Assembly (NCBI GenBank): GCA_018268755.1
Contig: JAFDVW010000018.1
Coordinates: 46,791-110,790 of the forward strand
DNA from: Acidobacteriota bacterium
Lineage (GTDB): Bacteria > Acidobacteriota > Terriglobia > Terriglobales > Acidobacteriaceae
DNA length: 64,000 nt
Direction: 5' to 3'
A program made the position numbers and the translations under genes. The first letter of the stretch is position 1. Each line of letters opens with the position of its first letter. The notes beneath the pieces are model-generated. The model ran no database searches and had not been told where the DNA came from. It saw only the letters and a program-made list of their open reading frames with translations. Positions 55,648 to 64,000 of the stretch are shown one piece after another.

Positions 55648-57615
55648 ATGCGTAAGTTTTTGCTGGGTTGTCTTCTGGTGGTAGCGTCGGCGTCGCTGTG
55701 GGCAGACCCAACCCTGCCCAGCCTGTTTAGCCATCACATGGTCCTGCAACGGGGACGGCCCATTCCGGTATGGGGGTGGGCCGATCCCGGGGAAAAGATC
55801 AGCGTGACCCTGAACTCGCTGACCCGCGACACAGTCGCGGCTGCGGATGGCCGCTGGAAGCTGGAATTGCCGAGCATGCCGGCCGGCGGGCCATTTCTGC
55901 TCACCGTGCGTGGCAAGAAGACGCTCGAAGTGAAGGACGTCCTGGTGGGAGAAGTCTGGATCTTCTCCGGGCAATCGAACATGTCGTTCGCGCTCAGCGG
56001 GGCCACGGGTGGCGAGGCCGCCATCGCCACCGCGAACAATCCTGAGATCCGTCTGTTCACCGTGCCGCAGCGCAGCACGATGGAGCCGCAAACCAATGTG
56101 GCGTCGCAGTGGGTGCAATGCTCTCCCGACACGGCGCGCAGTTTCTCCGCCGCGGCCTATTTCTTCGGCCGCAAATTGCAGAGCACGCTGCATGTACCCG
56201 TGGGCCTGATTCACACCTCATGGCCGGGGACCGCGGCCGAAAGCTGGACGCCGCTGGAAGCGTTGCGCGCCGATGCCGAGCTGAAGCCCATCCTCGACCG
56301 CTGGAACGCGGCCCCGGCGGAAGCGCACGCTTCTGCCGGCCGAGCCGCGGAAATCGGCATGGAGTTTGACGATTTCGTCCTGCTGCCCGCCGATGGCGGC
56401 CCGCCCGTCGCCTTCAGCAATTTTGATGACGGCGGCATGACGAATGCCCTGCACGGGTACTGGACCTACCAATGGAACGCCGGGCCACAATCCGCTTTTG
56501 ATCTGACCCGGCCGGGCCGCGGAGGAGCTGGCTATGCCGCCCGCATCTCCGGCGCCCTCGAGCCCAATGAGACGGCTTCCCTGTCCAGTAGCTTTCGGGC
56601 GGATGACGCCCCCGCCGACCTGAGCGCCTATGCCGGCATCCGTTTTTACGTGCGCGGCTCGGGCGCTTTCCAGCTCTTCACCATACAGCCGACTATCTAT
56701 GACTGGGACAACTATGGCAGCCCGGGGCTGCAGGCAACGGCCGATTGGCAGCCGATCACTATCTGGTTCAAGGATTTGAAACAGGCGGGATGGGGCGTCG
56801 TCGAGCCTTTCACCCCCGCGTCCCTGACCAGCCTGATGATTCAGGTAAAGCGCCTCCCCGGCGAAGACCCGCTGCCGCCTTCCAGCCTGTATCAGGCGAT
56901 GATCGCCCCCCTGATTCCTTATGGAATCCGCGGCGCGGCCTGGTACCAGGGGGAAAGCAATGCCTACCGTTCCTATCAGTATCGCCGCCTGCTGCCGGCG
57001 CTCATTACCGCCTGGCGCAAGGCGTGGGGCGAAGGAGACTTCCCCTTCCTGGTGGTACAGCTTCCCAACCTGGGACAGCACGACGAGAAACCCAGCGAAG
57101 CCCTGTGGTCCGAGCTGCGCGAAGCGCAATGGATGGCGTTGCGCCTGCCCAATACAGGATTAGCGGTCACGATTGATGTGGGCGATCCCAACAATTTGCA
57201 CCCGCCTCGCAAACAGGAAGTGGGAGAACGGCTGGCCTTGTGGACGCTGGGCGCGACTTACGGAGAGAAGATCGAATACTCCGGCCCGTTGTATGAATCG
57301 GCAAAATTCACCGGGGCGCAGGTCACAATCCAATTTACCCACACCGGCAGCGGACTGCAGGCACGCGGCGACGGCGCGGGTCCGGCAAAATTGCGTGGCT
57401 TTGCCCTGGCCGGAAGCGACCACGTCTTCCATTGGGCCGACGCCACCATTGCGGGCAACACGGTGGTGGTCACCAGCCCCGAGGTCGCGGCGCCGGTGGC
57501 GGTACGCTATGGATGGGGCGGCAATCCGGAATGCAATCTCTACAACCAAGAAGGGCTGCCGGCCTCGCCTTTCCGTACCGACGACTGGCCGGGTTTGACC
57601 AACAACGAGAAGTAA
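55648..57615 (+). CDS. sialate O-acetylesterase-like (SASA/DUF303) carbohydrate esterase with an extra internal domain
   Basis: Signal MRKFLLGCLLVVASASLWA. The catalytic block GEVWIFSGQSNM and the later block AAWYQGESN are separated by far more sequence than I expect for the family. Confidence 0.8.
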   Translation: MRKFLLGCLLVVASASLWADPTLPSLFSHHMVLQRGRPIPVWGWADPGEKISVTLNSLTRDTVAAADGRWKLELPSMPAGGPFLLTVRGKKTLEVKDVLVGEVWIFSGQSNMSFALSGATGGEAAIATANNPEIRLFTVPQRSTMEPQTNVASQWVQCSPDTARSFSAAAYFFGRKLQSTLHVPVGLIHTSWPGTAAESWTPLEALRADAELKPILDRWNAAPAEAHASAGRAAEIGMEFDDFVLLPADGGPPVAFSNFDDGGMTNALHGYWTYQWNAGPQSAFDLTRPGRGGAGYAARISGALEPNETASLSSSFRADDAPADLSAYAGIRFYVRGSGAFQLFTIQPTIYDWDNYGSPGLQATADWQPITIWFKDLKQAGWGVVEPFTPASLTSLMIQVKRLPGEDPLPPSSLYQAMIAPLIPYGIRGAAWYQGESNAYRSYQYRRLLPALITAWRKAWGEGDFPFLVVQLPNLGQHDEKPSEALWSELREAQWMALRLPNTGLAVTIDVGDPNNLHPPRKQEVGERLALWTLGATYGEKIEYSGPLYESAKFTGAQVTIQFTHTGSGLQARGDGAGPAKLRGFALAGSDHVFHWADATIAGNTVVVTSPEVAAPVAVRYGWGGNPECNLYNQEGLPASPFRTDDWPGLTNNEK

Positions 57616-57619
57616 AAAG

Positions 57620-58555
57620 TCAGCGGCTATGTTCGGTGAGGAATTTCTGGCGATACGCCTGGTCGCGAAAGGCTTCGGTTCCGCCTGGACGCGTGGTGGA
57701 AAGCGCGCCGGCGCGATTTCCGCTGGCTAGACTTTCCGTGAGATTGGCCCCGCGAAGGTAGGCGCTCAGAAATCCGGCATCGAAGCTGTCGCCGGCCCCT
57801 ACGGCATCGCGGGCATCCACCCGCAGCGCGGGGCTGGTAAAGCGCTCCTTGCCCCTCTGCGCCATGGCGCCGTCTTTTCCCATCTTCACCACGACCAGGG
57901 GCACAATGCTCGCCAGATGGGCAACCGCCGCCTCCAGATCGTCCTGGCCGGCAAGCTTTTTGGCTTCTCTTTCATTGGGCATCAGGATGTCCACATAGCG
58001 CAAGGCTTCCTGAATGGGCGGGCCCCAGGTGTCCTGGGGATCATCATTGGTATCGAGCGACACGCTCAGTCCAGCCGCCTTCACGCGGCGGAACAACTCC
58101 GGCACATGTGCGGTGAGCTTGCTTTGCAAATAAAAGGACGACAGGTGGAAGTGGCGGGCGTCGGTGAGATAGGAAAAATCCAGGTCCTCCCACGACAATT
58201 CGCCGATGGTGCCGGAATAGGTCAAAATGTTGCGCCAGGTGGGATGATGCAAAATCACGCTCAGCCCTGACTTTACACTCCCCTCCGTGCGCCGCACGCG
58301 GGAGACATCCGCGCCGCTCTCCGCCAGGCGTTGCACCGCGATTTGCCCCAGCGGGTCGTCGCCGATGCGCGACTGAAAACCCACTTTCGCGCCCAGCGCC
58401 GCCAGATTGTGCGCCACAATCGAGGACGAGCCGCCCAGCGTGAGCATCATGCCGCCGGCCAGCAGCTCGCGTTCCGGCTCCAGTTGTTCCGGCAATCCGT
58501 AAAGGATGAGATCGAGGTTTACTTCTCCCGCAATGGTGACGTCAAAGGTAGGCAT
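57620..58555 (-). CDS. PfkB-family carbohydrate kinase
   Basis: 311 aa. C-terminal PfkB signature DAVGAGDSFDAGF. N-terminal GEVNLDLI. Confidence 0.85.
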   Translation of the reverse strand: MPTFDVTIAGEVNLDLILYGLPEQLEPERELLAGGMMLTLGGSSSIVAHNLAALGAKVGFQSRIGDDPLGQIAVQRLAESGADVSRVRRTEGSVKSGLSVILHHPTWRNILTYSGTIGELSWEDLDFSYLTDARHFHLSSFYLQSKLTAHVPELFRRVKAAGLSVSLDTNDDPQDTWGPPIQEALRYVDILMPNEREAKKLAGQDDLEAAVAHLASIVPLVVVKMGKDGAMAQRGKERFTSPALRVDARDAVGAGDSFDAGFLSAYLRGANLTESLASGNRAGALSTTRPGGTEAFRDQAYRQKFLTEHSR

Positions 58556-58753
58556 ATAGGAAGGGTGCAGGCTGCTCCGGCAGAAAAAACAGGATTTCTT
58601 CGACCTTTCTTTTTATAACGTTTCCTTTCGCTTGTCCAATGGGGAAGGCCGTGAAGCCGCGCCTTTCCGGAGTGCGTGTCCGCGCCCCCCGGCGCATGCA
58701 GTAAAATGCTGGCTGCGGTCGCCCGATCAACTTTGGCGCAGGAAGATTTCGGA

Positions 58754-60589
58754 ATGTCACTGCACAAGCCCGGCTTGCATTTTTTCTTCCTGCTTCTGTT
58801 GGCCCTTCTTCCCGCCTCTTCCGCCCAACAGGCCGCACCCGAAGGCAAGCAGGAACAAGGCATGGTCTCAACCTCCGGCAGCCACGCGCCTGTGCTGGAC
58901 TCGCAAAAGCGGCCCATCACCGCCGGTGGATTCGTCGAGATCGGCCCCATCGTATTTGAGAACATTGCCGAAAAAGCCGGCTTGGCCAAGTGGCAGCACA
59001 TCATGGGGACCCCGGAACGGAAATTCATTCTGGAAACCGTCGGTTCGGGCGTGGCCCTGCTGGATTATGACAACGACGGCTGGCTCGACATCTATCTAGT
59101 CAACGGCGCCACCTATGGCTCCGTGCAAGGGAAAGCGGAGTCGCCGCACGCCGCGTTGTTCCATAACAACCATGACGGGAGCTTCACCGATGTGGCCGCC
59201 CGGGCGGGGGTGACCAATGATCGCTGGGGCTTCGGCGTCGTGGTTGGAGATTATGACAACGATGGCTGGCCCGACCTCTACATCAGCAACTTCGGCAAGA
59301 ACCGTCTCTACCATAACAATCACGACGGGACATTTAGCGATGTCGCGGAGAAGGCCGGCGTGACTCTGGGCAACTGGTCGACCGGCGCCACCTTCGGCGA
59401 CTACGACGGCGACGGTCGCCTGGATTTGTTTGTGCCGGGATACGTCCACTATGATCTGGACCGCCCTCCCGCTCCGGGATCTTCCGTCGTGGCCTTCGCC
59501 CGATGCGAGTTTCGCGGCGTCAATGTGATGTGCGGGCCGCGAGGGTTGAAGGGTGAGCCGGACCATCTCTTTCACAATAACGGCGACGGTACTTTCACTG
59601 ACGTCAGCCTGAAGGCCGGGGTCAACGACGCCAGCGGATATTACGGGCTGGCCTCGGCCTTCGTCGATCTGAATAACGATGGCAAGCTCGACCTGGTGGT
59701 TGCCAACGATTCCACGCCCAATTATCTCTATGTGAATAAGGGCAACGGCACCTTTGAAGATGCCAGTTATATTTCCGGCTATGCCCTGAACGAAAACGGA
59801 CGCGAGACCGCCTCCATGGGCATCGCCATCGGCGATTACCGCAACAACGGCCTGCTCGACCTTTACGACACCGTCTTCTCCGACGACTACAACCCGCTTT
59901 ACCGCAATGACGGAGACGGAAATTTTACCGATGTCAGCTACCAGATGGGCATGGCCGAGCCGACCATTCCCTTCCTGGGCTGGGGCGACGGCTTTCTGGA
60001 TTATGACAATGATGGCTGGCTCGATCTGTTTGTCAGCAATGGCCACGTGTATCCCGAAGTCGACAACAGTGGATGGGGCACCACTTTTGCCCAAAGGCCA
60101 TTGCTCTTCCATAATCTGAAGGGCGCCAAATTCGAACTGGTGCCGCCGGTCAAACATACCGGACTGGCGGAATTGTTCGTCGGCCGAGGCATGGCCGTAG
60201 GAGACCTTTTCAACGACGGCAAAATGGATGTGGTCATCAACCAACTGGGTGGCCCCCCCGGCCTGTTGCGCAACGTGGAAGCAGGCAACAATCACTGGAT
60301 CGGGTTTCAGCTCATCGGAGGCCCGAAGAGCCCGCGCGACGCCACCGGAGCGCAAGTCTATGTGACCGCCGCAGGCCTGCGGCAGCGCCAGGATGTCATT
60401 CGCGGAGGCAGTTTTGCTTCCTGCAATGATCCGCGGATCCATTTCGGAATCGGTTCGGCCGCCAAGGTCGATGCCATCGAGATTCACTGGCCCAGTGGCG
60501 TAGTCGAAAAAATTGCCAACCTGCCCGGTCCGGACCACTACTACACGATCACGGAAGGCAAAGGTCTGAAAGACGGCGGGAAGCCATAG
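58754..60589 (+). CDS. CRTAC1-family protein (FG-GAP/VCBS repeats + ASPIC/UnbV C-terminal domain)
   Basis: Signal MSLHKPGLHFFFLLLLALLPASSAQ. Repeated DYDNDGWLD/DYDGDGRLD FG-GAP motifs with L(Y/F)HNN. C-terminal GGSFASCNDPRIHFGIG (UnbV_ASPIC-like). Confidence 0.85.
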   Translation: MSLHKPGLHFFFLLLLALLPASSAQQAAPEGKQEQGMVSTSGSHAPVLDSQKRPITAGGFVEIGPIVFENIAEKAGLAKWQHIMGTPERKFILETVGSGVALLDYDNDGWLDIYLVNGATYGSVQGKAESPHAALFHNNHDGSFTDVAARAGVTNDRWGFGVVVGDYDNDGWPDLYISNFGKNRLYHNNHDGTFSDVAEKAGVTLGNWSTGATFGDYDGDGRLDLFVPGYVHYDLDRPPAPGSSVVAFARCEFRGVNVMCGPRGLKGEPDHLFHNNGDGTFTDVSLKAGVNDASGYYGLASAFVDLNNDGKLDLVVANDSTPNYLYVNKGNGTFEDASYISGYALNENGRETASMGIAIGDYRNNGLLDLYDTVFSDDYNPLYRNDGDGNFTDVSYQMGMAEPTIPFLGWGDGFLDYDNDGWLDLFVSNGHVYPEVDNSGWGTTFAQRPLLFHNLKGAKFELVPPVKHTGLAELFVGRGMAVGDLFNDGKMDVVINQLGGPPGLLRNVEAGNNHWIGFQLIGGPKSPRDATGAQVYVTAAGLRQRQDVIRGGSFASCNDPRIHFGIGSAAKVDAIEIHWPSGVVEKIANLPGPDHYYTITEGKGLKDGGKP

Positions 60590-60738
60590 CCGCCGTACCC
60601 CTTCCGACCGGGTACTTCCGGTGATTGACTTGGCTGTGAAATAAGCCAAGAGTAGATCTAGCTCACTTTGGAAAACGCTGCTCGCGATTCGTCCTCACTC
60701 TCCCCGGCCCCTTACGACCGACCGAAGGGAGGACGGCC

Positions 60739-61380
60739 ATGACGATGGTGAATGCCGTCATTGATCTTTCTCATCACAATTTTCCTGTCGATTTTCTGGC
60801 GGCGCGGCGCGCGGGAATGCTTGGCGTCCTGCACAAGGCAACCCAGGGAGATGCTTATCAGGATCCTCTTTATGCCATGCGCCGGAGCGAAGCGCTAGCG
60901 GCCGGACTGCTTTGGGGCGCTTATCACTTTGGCATCGGCCAAGACGGGACCCGGCAAGCAGAGTTCTTTCTGCGAGGTGCCGAGCCAGAAGATCACACCT
61001 TGCTGGCCCTCGATCTGGAGGAGAACCCCGCCGGCGCAAGCATGAACCTGGAACAGGCGCGCGCCTTCGTCGTGCGAGTGCGGGCCGCCAGCGGCCGCTG
61101 GCCCGGCATCTATGGCGGGCGTTATCTCAAGCAATTGCTCCGCGAGAAAGACGATCCGGTGCTGGCGAAGTGCTGGCTGTGGCTGGCGCATTATGGGCCC
61201 AGGCCAGTAGTTCCGCCTAACTGGCCGGGGTGGACCCTGTGGCAATACACCGATGGAGTGACTGGCCCACCTCCCTATGAGGTGGCGGGAATTGGCCGCT
61301 GCGACCGCGATCAATTCCAGGGGACCGAAGCCCAGCTGGGTGATTTCTGGCGGAAGAACGGAGAGAATGCCAGACTCTGA
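60739..61380 (+). CDS. glycoside hydrolase family 25 lysozyme (muramidase)
   Basis: N-terminal VIDLSHHN...GVLHKATQG...DP.Y and GAYHF blocks typical of GH25. No signal peptide visible. Confidence 0.75.
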   Translation: MTMVNAVIDLSHHNFPVDFLAARRAGMLGVLHKATQGDAYQDPLYAMRRSEALAAGLLWGAYHFGIGQDGTRQAEFFLRGAEPEDHTLLALDLEENPAGASMNLEQARAFVVRVRAASGRWPGIYGGRYLKQLLREKDDPVLAKCWLWLAHYGPRPVVPPNWPGWTLWQYTDGVTGPPPYEVAGIGRCDRDQFQGTEAQLGDFWRKNGENARL

Positions 61381-61389
61381 GCCCCGGAC

Positions 61390-62502
61390 TTACGCTTCCA
61401 GCCTGAGAAACAACCGCATCCGGTCCAACTCCAGGTCCAGTTCGCGCTGAAAGGCGGGTTCGCGCGGCTTGGCACCCACGTAGCCGAACTCCGCTCGCAG
61501 TTCCCCTTTGTGCACCGCGAGATTCCCCCAGCCAATCACCCGGTCGCGCCACAGCAGAGGAAGCGCATAGTAGCCAAGCTTGCGTTTGGATGCAGGAGTG
61601 TACGCCTCGAAGCGATACTGCCAGTTCCACAACAACTCGAATCGATCGCGGTCCCACACCACCGGATCAAAGGGGGTGAGCAGGCGCACGATGTCGTCCG
61701 CACGGCTGGAAAGTCGCGGCGCCTCCGCCGGCCAATACCAATCCACGCCCTCCAGCCGGACCTGCGCCAGCCGGTGTTTGGCGCGCTGCAAGGCAGCGGT
61801 CAATTCAGTCCGCCACTGCGGCGTGCCCAGACGGAAGCGCCGCACGATGTAGGACAGGCTCCGGCCCGGCAAAGGAGCGTAAATGGAAACCGCCGCGTCC
61901 ACCAAGGCATCGATGCAGGCATGGCGGGCCGCTTTATCCGTGGGCCCTGCCTCATGCTGATGCACGGCGTACACGCGAATGCCCTTGTCCCGCCGCACCA
62001 CGCGCAGCAGCCCCTGATAATGCAGGGCATCGAGCAGGTGGGTGGTCGCATTCGACGAGCCACCCCAGTAGTTCGTGACTCGCCCGTGGGAGAAGTGGGC
62101 ATCCACTTCCCGGGGATGGACCGCTCCCTGCTCGCGCACAAACTCCAGCAACTGCTGTGCGCGGCTGGGCCGCCTTCCTGGCCGAGGTGGGGCCATTTCC
62201 CTCGCGGCCCGGCGGCGCGGGTGCATCAAGTTCTGCACGGCATGCGTGACAAAACCATAATTAATGAAAAAATCTTCCGCGATGCCGAGCGTTTCGTAGC
62301 GGCGCTCCAGGTCGCCTGCCCGATAGCCTTTCACGCGATGGCGAAGGATCAGGTCCTGTGCGCGAGCGGGAGCACGGATAGGGTCGGCCTGCACAAAACC
62401 CAGCCGCTCCAGCGCGCGCTTCAACGAGGCCGGCGGAAAGAGGGTTTGCGCCACCGCCATGCGGCGCAAGTCTTCCAGATCGCGGGGACAAGAAGTCGGC
62501 AT
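61390..62502 (-). CDS. ycaQ: YcaQ/AlkZ-like winged-helix DNA glycosylase family protein
   Basis: Blocks GFVQADPI, ILRHRVKGY, FINYGF, FDPVVWDRDRFELLWNWQYRFEAYTPASKRKLGYYALPLLWRDRVIGW match my memory of the DUF1006/YcaQ family. Start set to the ATG at 62502, since the longer ORF overlaps the upstream gene. Confidence 0.75.
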   Translation of the reverse strand: MPTSCPRDLEDLRRMAVAQTLFPPASLKRALERLGFVQADPIRAPARAQDLILRHRVKGYRAGDLERRYETLGIAEDFFINYGFVTHAVQNLMHPRRRAAREMAPPRPGRRPSRAQQLLEFVREQGAVHPREVDAHFSHGRVTNYWGGSSNATTHLLDALHYQGLLRVVRRDKGIRVYAVHQHEAGPTDKAARHACIDALVDAAVSIYAPLPGRSLSYIVRRFRLGTPQWRTELTAALQRAKHRLAQVRLEGVDWYWPAEAPRLSSRADDIVRLLTPFDPVVWDRDRFELLWNWQYRFEAYTPASKRKLGYYALPLLWRDRVIGWGNLAVHKGELRAEFGYVGAKPREPAFQRELDLELDRMRLFLRLEA

Positions 62503-62507
62503 AATGA

Positions 62508-62798
62508 TCAGGAAGCCAGCAGACTGGAAGCGATGGCAATCCACTCCTCTTGGAGCGCGCCCCGGGCCGGAGACCTCCCCGCCCGGCCATACCAGTAGCC
62601 GGCGTTGCCCAGGTCGCCTTCCTTGCGGTGGAGGTAAGCGTGCACCCAAGACCCGGCGGGTCCCTCGTCCTGCTGCGCTTCTTCGTGGGCGCGGTCCCAA
62701 TCCCCCTTCGCGTCCCACCACAATCCAGCCAGGGCCAGGCTAAGGCCGGAGGGCGGCGCTGCTTGCGTCAAAGAATCCTGAAATTGCTGCAAGGTCAT
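62508..62798 (-). CDS. small conserved hypothetical protein (about 96 aa)
   Basis: MTLQQFQDSLTQAAPPSGLS...LWWDAKGDWDRAHEEAQ...WVHAYLHRKEGDLGNAGYWY resembles a widespread uncharacterised family. Its stop lies 5 nt before the ycaQ start. Confidence 0.6.
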   Translation of the reverse strand: MTLQQFQDSLTQAAPPSGLSLALAGLWWDAKGDWDRAHEEAQQDEGPAGSWVHAYLHRKEGDLGNAGYWYGRAGRSPARGALQEEWIAIASSLLAS

Positions 62799-62902
62799 AA
62801 GCCTGACCATACGAGAAATTTTACCTCGAGCGGAATCCTGTTCCTCTATCATTATGCTGTCGAAATAGCGACTAGTTCCGTCCCAAGCCGTGAGGAGTGT
62901 CT

Positions 62903-63754
62903 ATGCGCTGGTCCCCAGGTGGAAGCAACGAAGATATTGAAGATCGCCGCAATGAAGGAGGCGGTGGCGGCTTTCGTCCCGGCGGTGTGCATCTAGGCCT
63001 CGGCGGCATGCTCATTCTGCTGGTGCTGAGCCTGGTCTTCAAGCGGGACTTTCTCTCTCTGGTCAGCACCGACAGTGTCGGCACCGGCGCAGCGGTCTCC
63101 CAGTCCGACCCGGCCCGGGACGCCAAGGAAAAGCCTCTGGTGGACTTTGTCACTTTTGTTCTCAACGATACGCAATCCACCTGGACACAAATTCTCTCCG
63201 CGGAAGACATGCGCTATCGCCACGCCAAACTGGTGCTGTTTCGCGATGTTATCGATTCCGCCTGCGGTACGGCGGAATCGGCCAGTGGCCCTTTCTACTG
63301 TCCGGCGGATGAGAAGGTATACATCGACCTGGGTTTTTACGATGAGCTACGGCAGCGCTTCGGCGCGCCCGGAGATTTCGCGCAGGCCTATGTTTTGGCC
63401 CACGAGGTCGGGCACCACGTGCAGAAGATCCTGGGGGTAGAGGAGAAGGTCCATGCCGCCCGCCGCCGCAACCCCAGCGCGGCCAATGAACTCTCGGTGC
63501 GCCTGGAGCTGCAGGCCGACTGCTTTGCCGGGGTCTGGGGACACTCCACGCAGCAGCGCCAGCTTCTGGAAGCGGGCGATGTGGAAGAAGGCCTGCAAGC
63601 CGCGGCCGCGGTCGGCGATGACCGCCTGCAACGCATGGCCACCGGCCGCGTGAACCCCGAGAGCTTTACCCATGGCACCTCGGAGCAGCGCATGCATTGG
63701 TTCCAGGCGGGATATCAGAGTGGCGATGTCGCTTCCTGCAACACCTTTCAATAG
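62903..63754 (+). CDS. ypfJ: YpfJ-family neutral zinc metallopeptidase
   Basis: N-terminal MRWSPGGSNEDIEDRR, a TM segment, and HEXXH (LAHEVGHHVQ). The ATG at 62903 has a GAGGAG SD; the track start is a GTG two codons upstream. Confidence 0.85.
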   Translation: MRWSPGGSNEDIEDRRNEGGGGGFRPGGVHLGLGGMLILLVLSLVFKRDFLSLVSTDSVGTGAAVSQSDPARDAKEKPLVDFVTFVLNDTQSTWTQILSAEDMRYRHAKLVLFRDVIDSACGTAESASGPFYCPADEKVYIDLGFYDELRQRFGAPGDFAQAYVLAHEVGHHVQKILGVEEKVHAARRRNPSAANELSVRLELQADCFAGVWGHSTQQRQLLEAGDVEEGLQAAAAVGDDRLQRMATGRVNPESFTHGTSEQRMHWFQAGYQSGDVASCNTFQ

Positions 63755-64000
63755 GCCGGGCGATCGGCGCAGGCCCGGATATCTCTAGAACGCGGACCCG
63801 CCGGTGGTGAGATGCCTCGGCATGGGCCCTCGCGCAAAATATACCTGAAAGCGCGGTTTCCTTTTTTAACGGCGGATAAATGCGGAGGCGGAGCTGCGCC
63901 AGGACCATGGCGCTTACACCGCCATGGTCCCAGCTTCTATTCCAAGCGGAGGGGTTAGCAGGAAATGCCCAGCCGGCCTACGCGGCGACTTCGAAGCGGT

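Noticed and set aside
60739-61380. Prophage, suggested by a leaderless GH25 lysozyme
   Set aside because: No holin, capsid, tail, integrase or att-like repeats are nearby, and the neighbours are ordinary chromosomal genes.

Overview
High-GC chromosomal window, probably from an Acidobacteriota (Terriglobia-like) genome. That inference rests on SusD-less TonB-dependent receptors with CarboxypepD_reg N-termini, a CRTAC1/ASPIC-UnbV protein, a Ser/Thr kinase with TPR repeats, and the characteristic REP families. About 45 protein genes are packed tightly. Left to right they are:
- an AT-richer island (1-3038) holding a decayed RHS/YD-repeat fragment and two small immunity-like cassettes, bracketed by REP clusters
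- a translationally coupled acyl-CoA operon (FAD oxidoreductase, hotdog thioesterase, crotonase, AMP-ligase)
- secreted amidohydrolase and M3-like peptidase genes
- a P1B-type ATPase with a TPCP motif and no metal-binding domain
- ybiT-like ABC-F
- a TPR-ClC-FUSC operon facing a Ser/Thr kinase
- a PIG-L/permease/MFS/DinB operon
- thrC-thrB facing a transsulfuration gene
- two LacI + TonB-receptor modules
- a pentose locus (araD, Na+/solute symporter, FucI-like isomerase, ribulokinase, HAD, GH3-PA14, SASA esterase, PfkB kinase)
- CRTAC1, GH25, ycaQ and ypfJ.
I saw no rRNA, tRNA, CRISPR array, transposase or integrase. Three families of palindromic REP-like repeats fill several gene ends and create spurious ORFs. 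I do not see a convincing complete novel system. The best candidates for follow-up are the orphan toxin/immunity remnant island, a GTAAACGTTTAC operator set that links the second TonB receptor to the pentose operon, and the non-canonical isomerase in that operon. Many long ORFs antisense to recognisable genes are high-GC shadow ORFs and are rejected.
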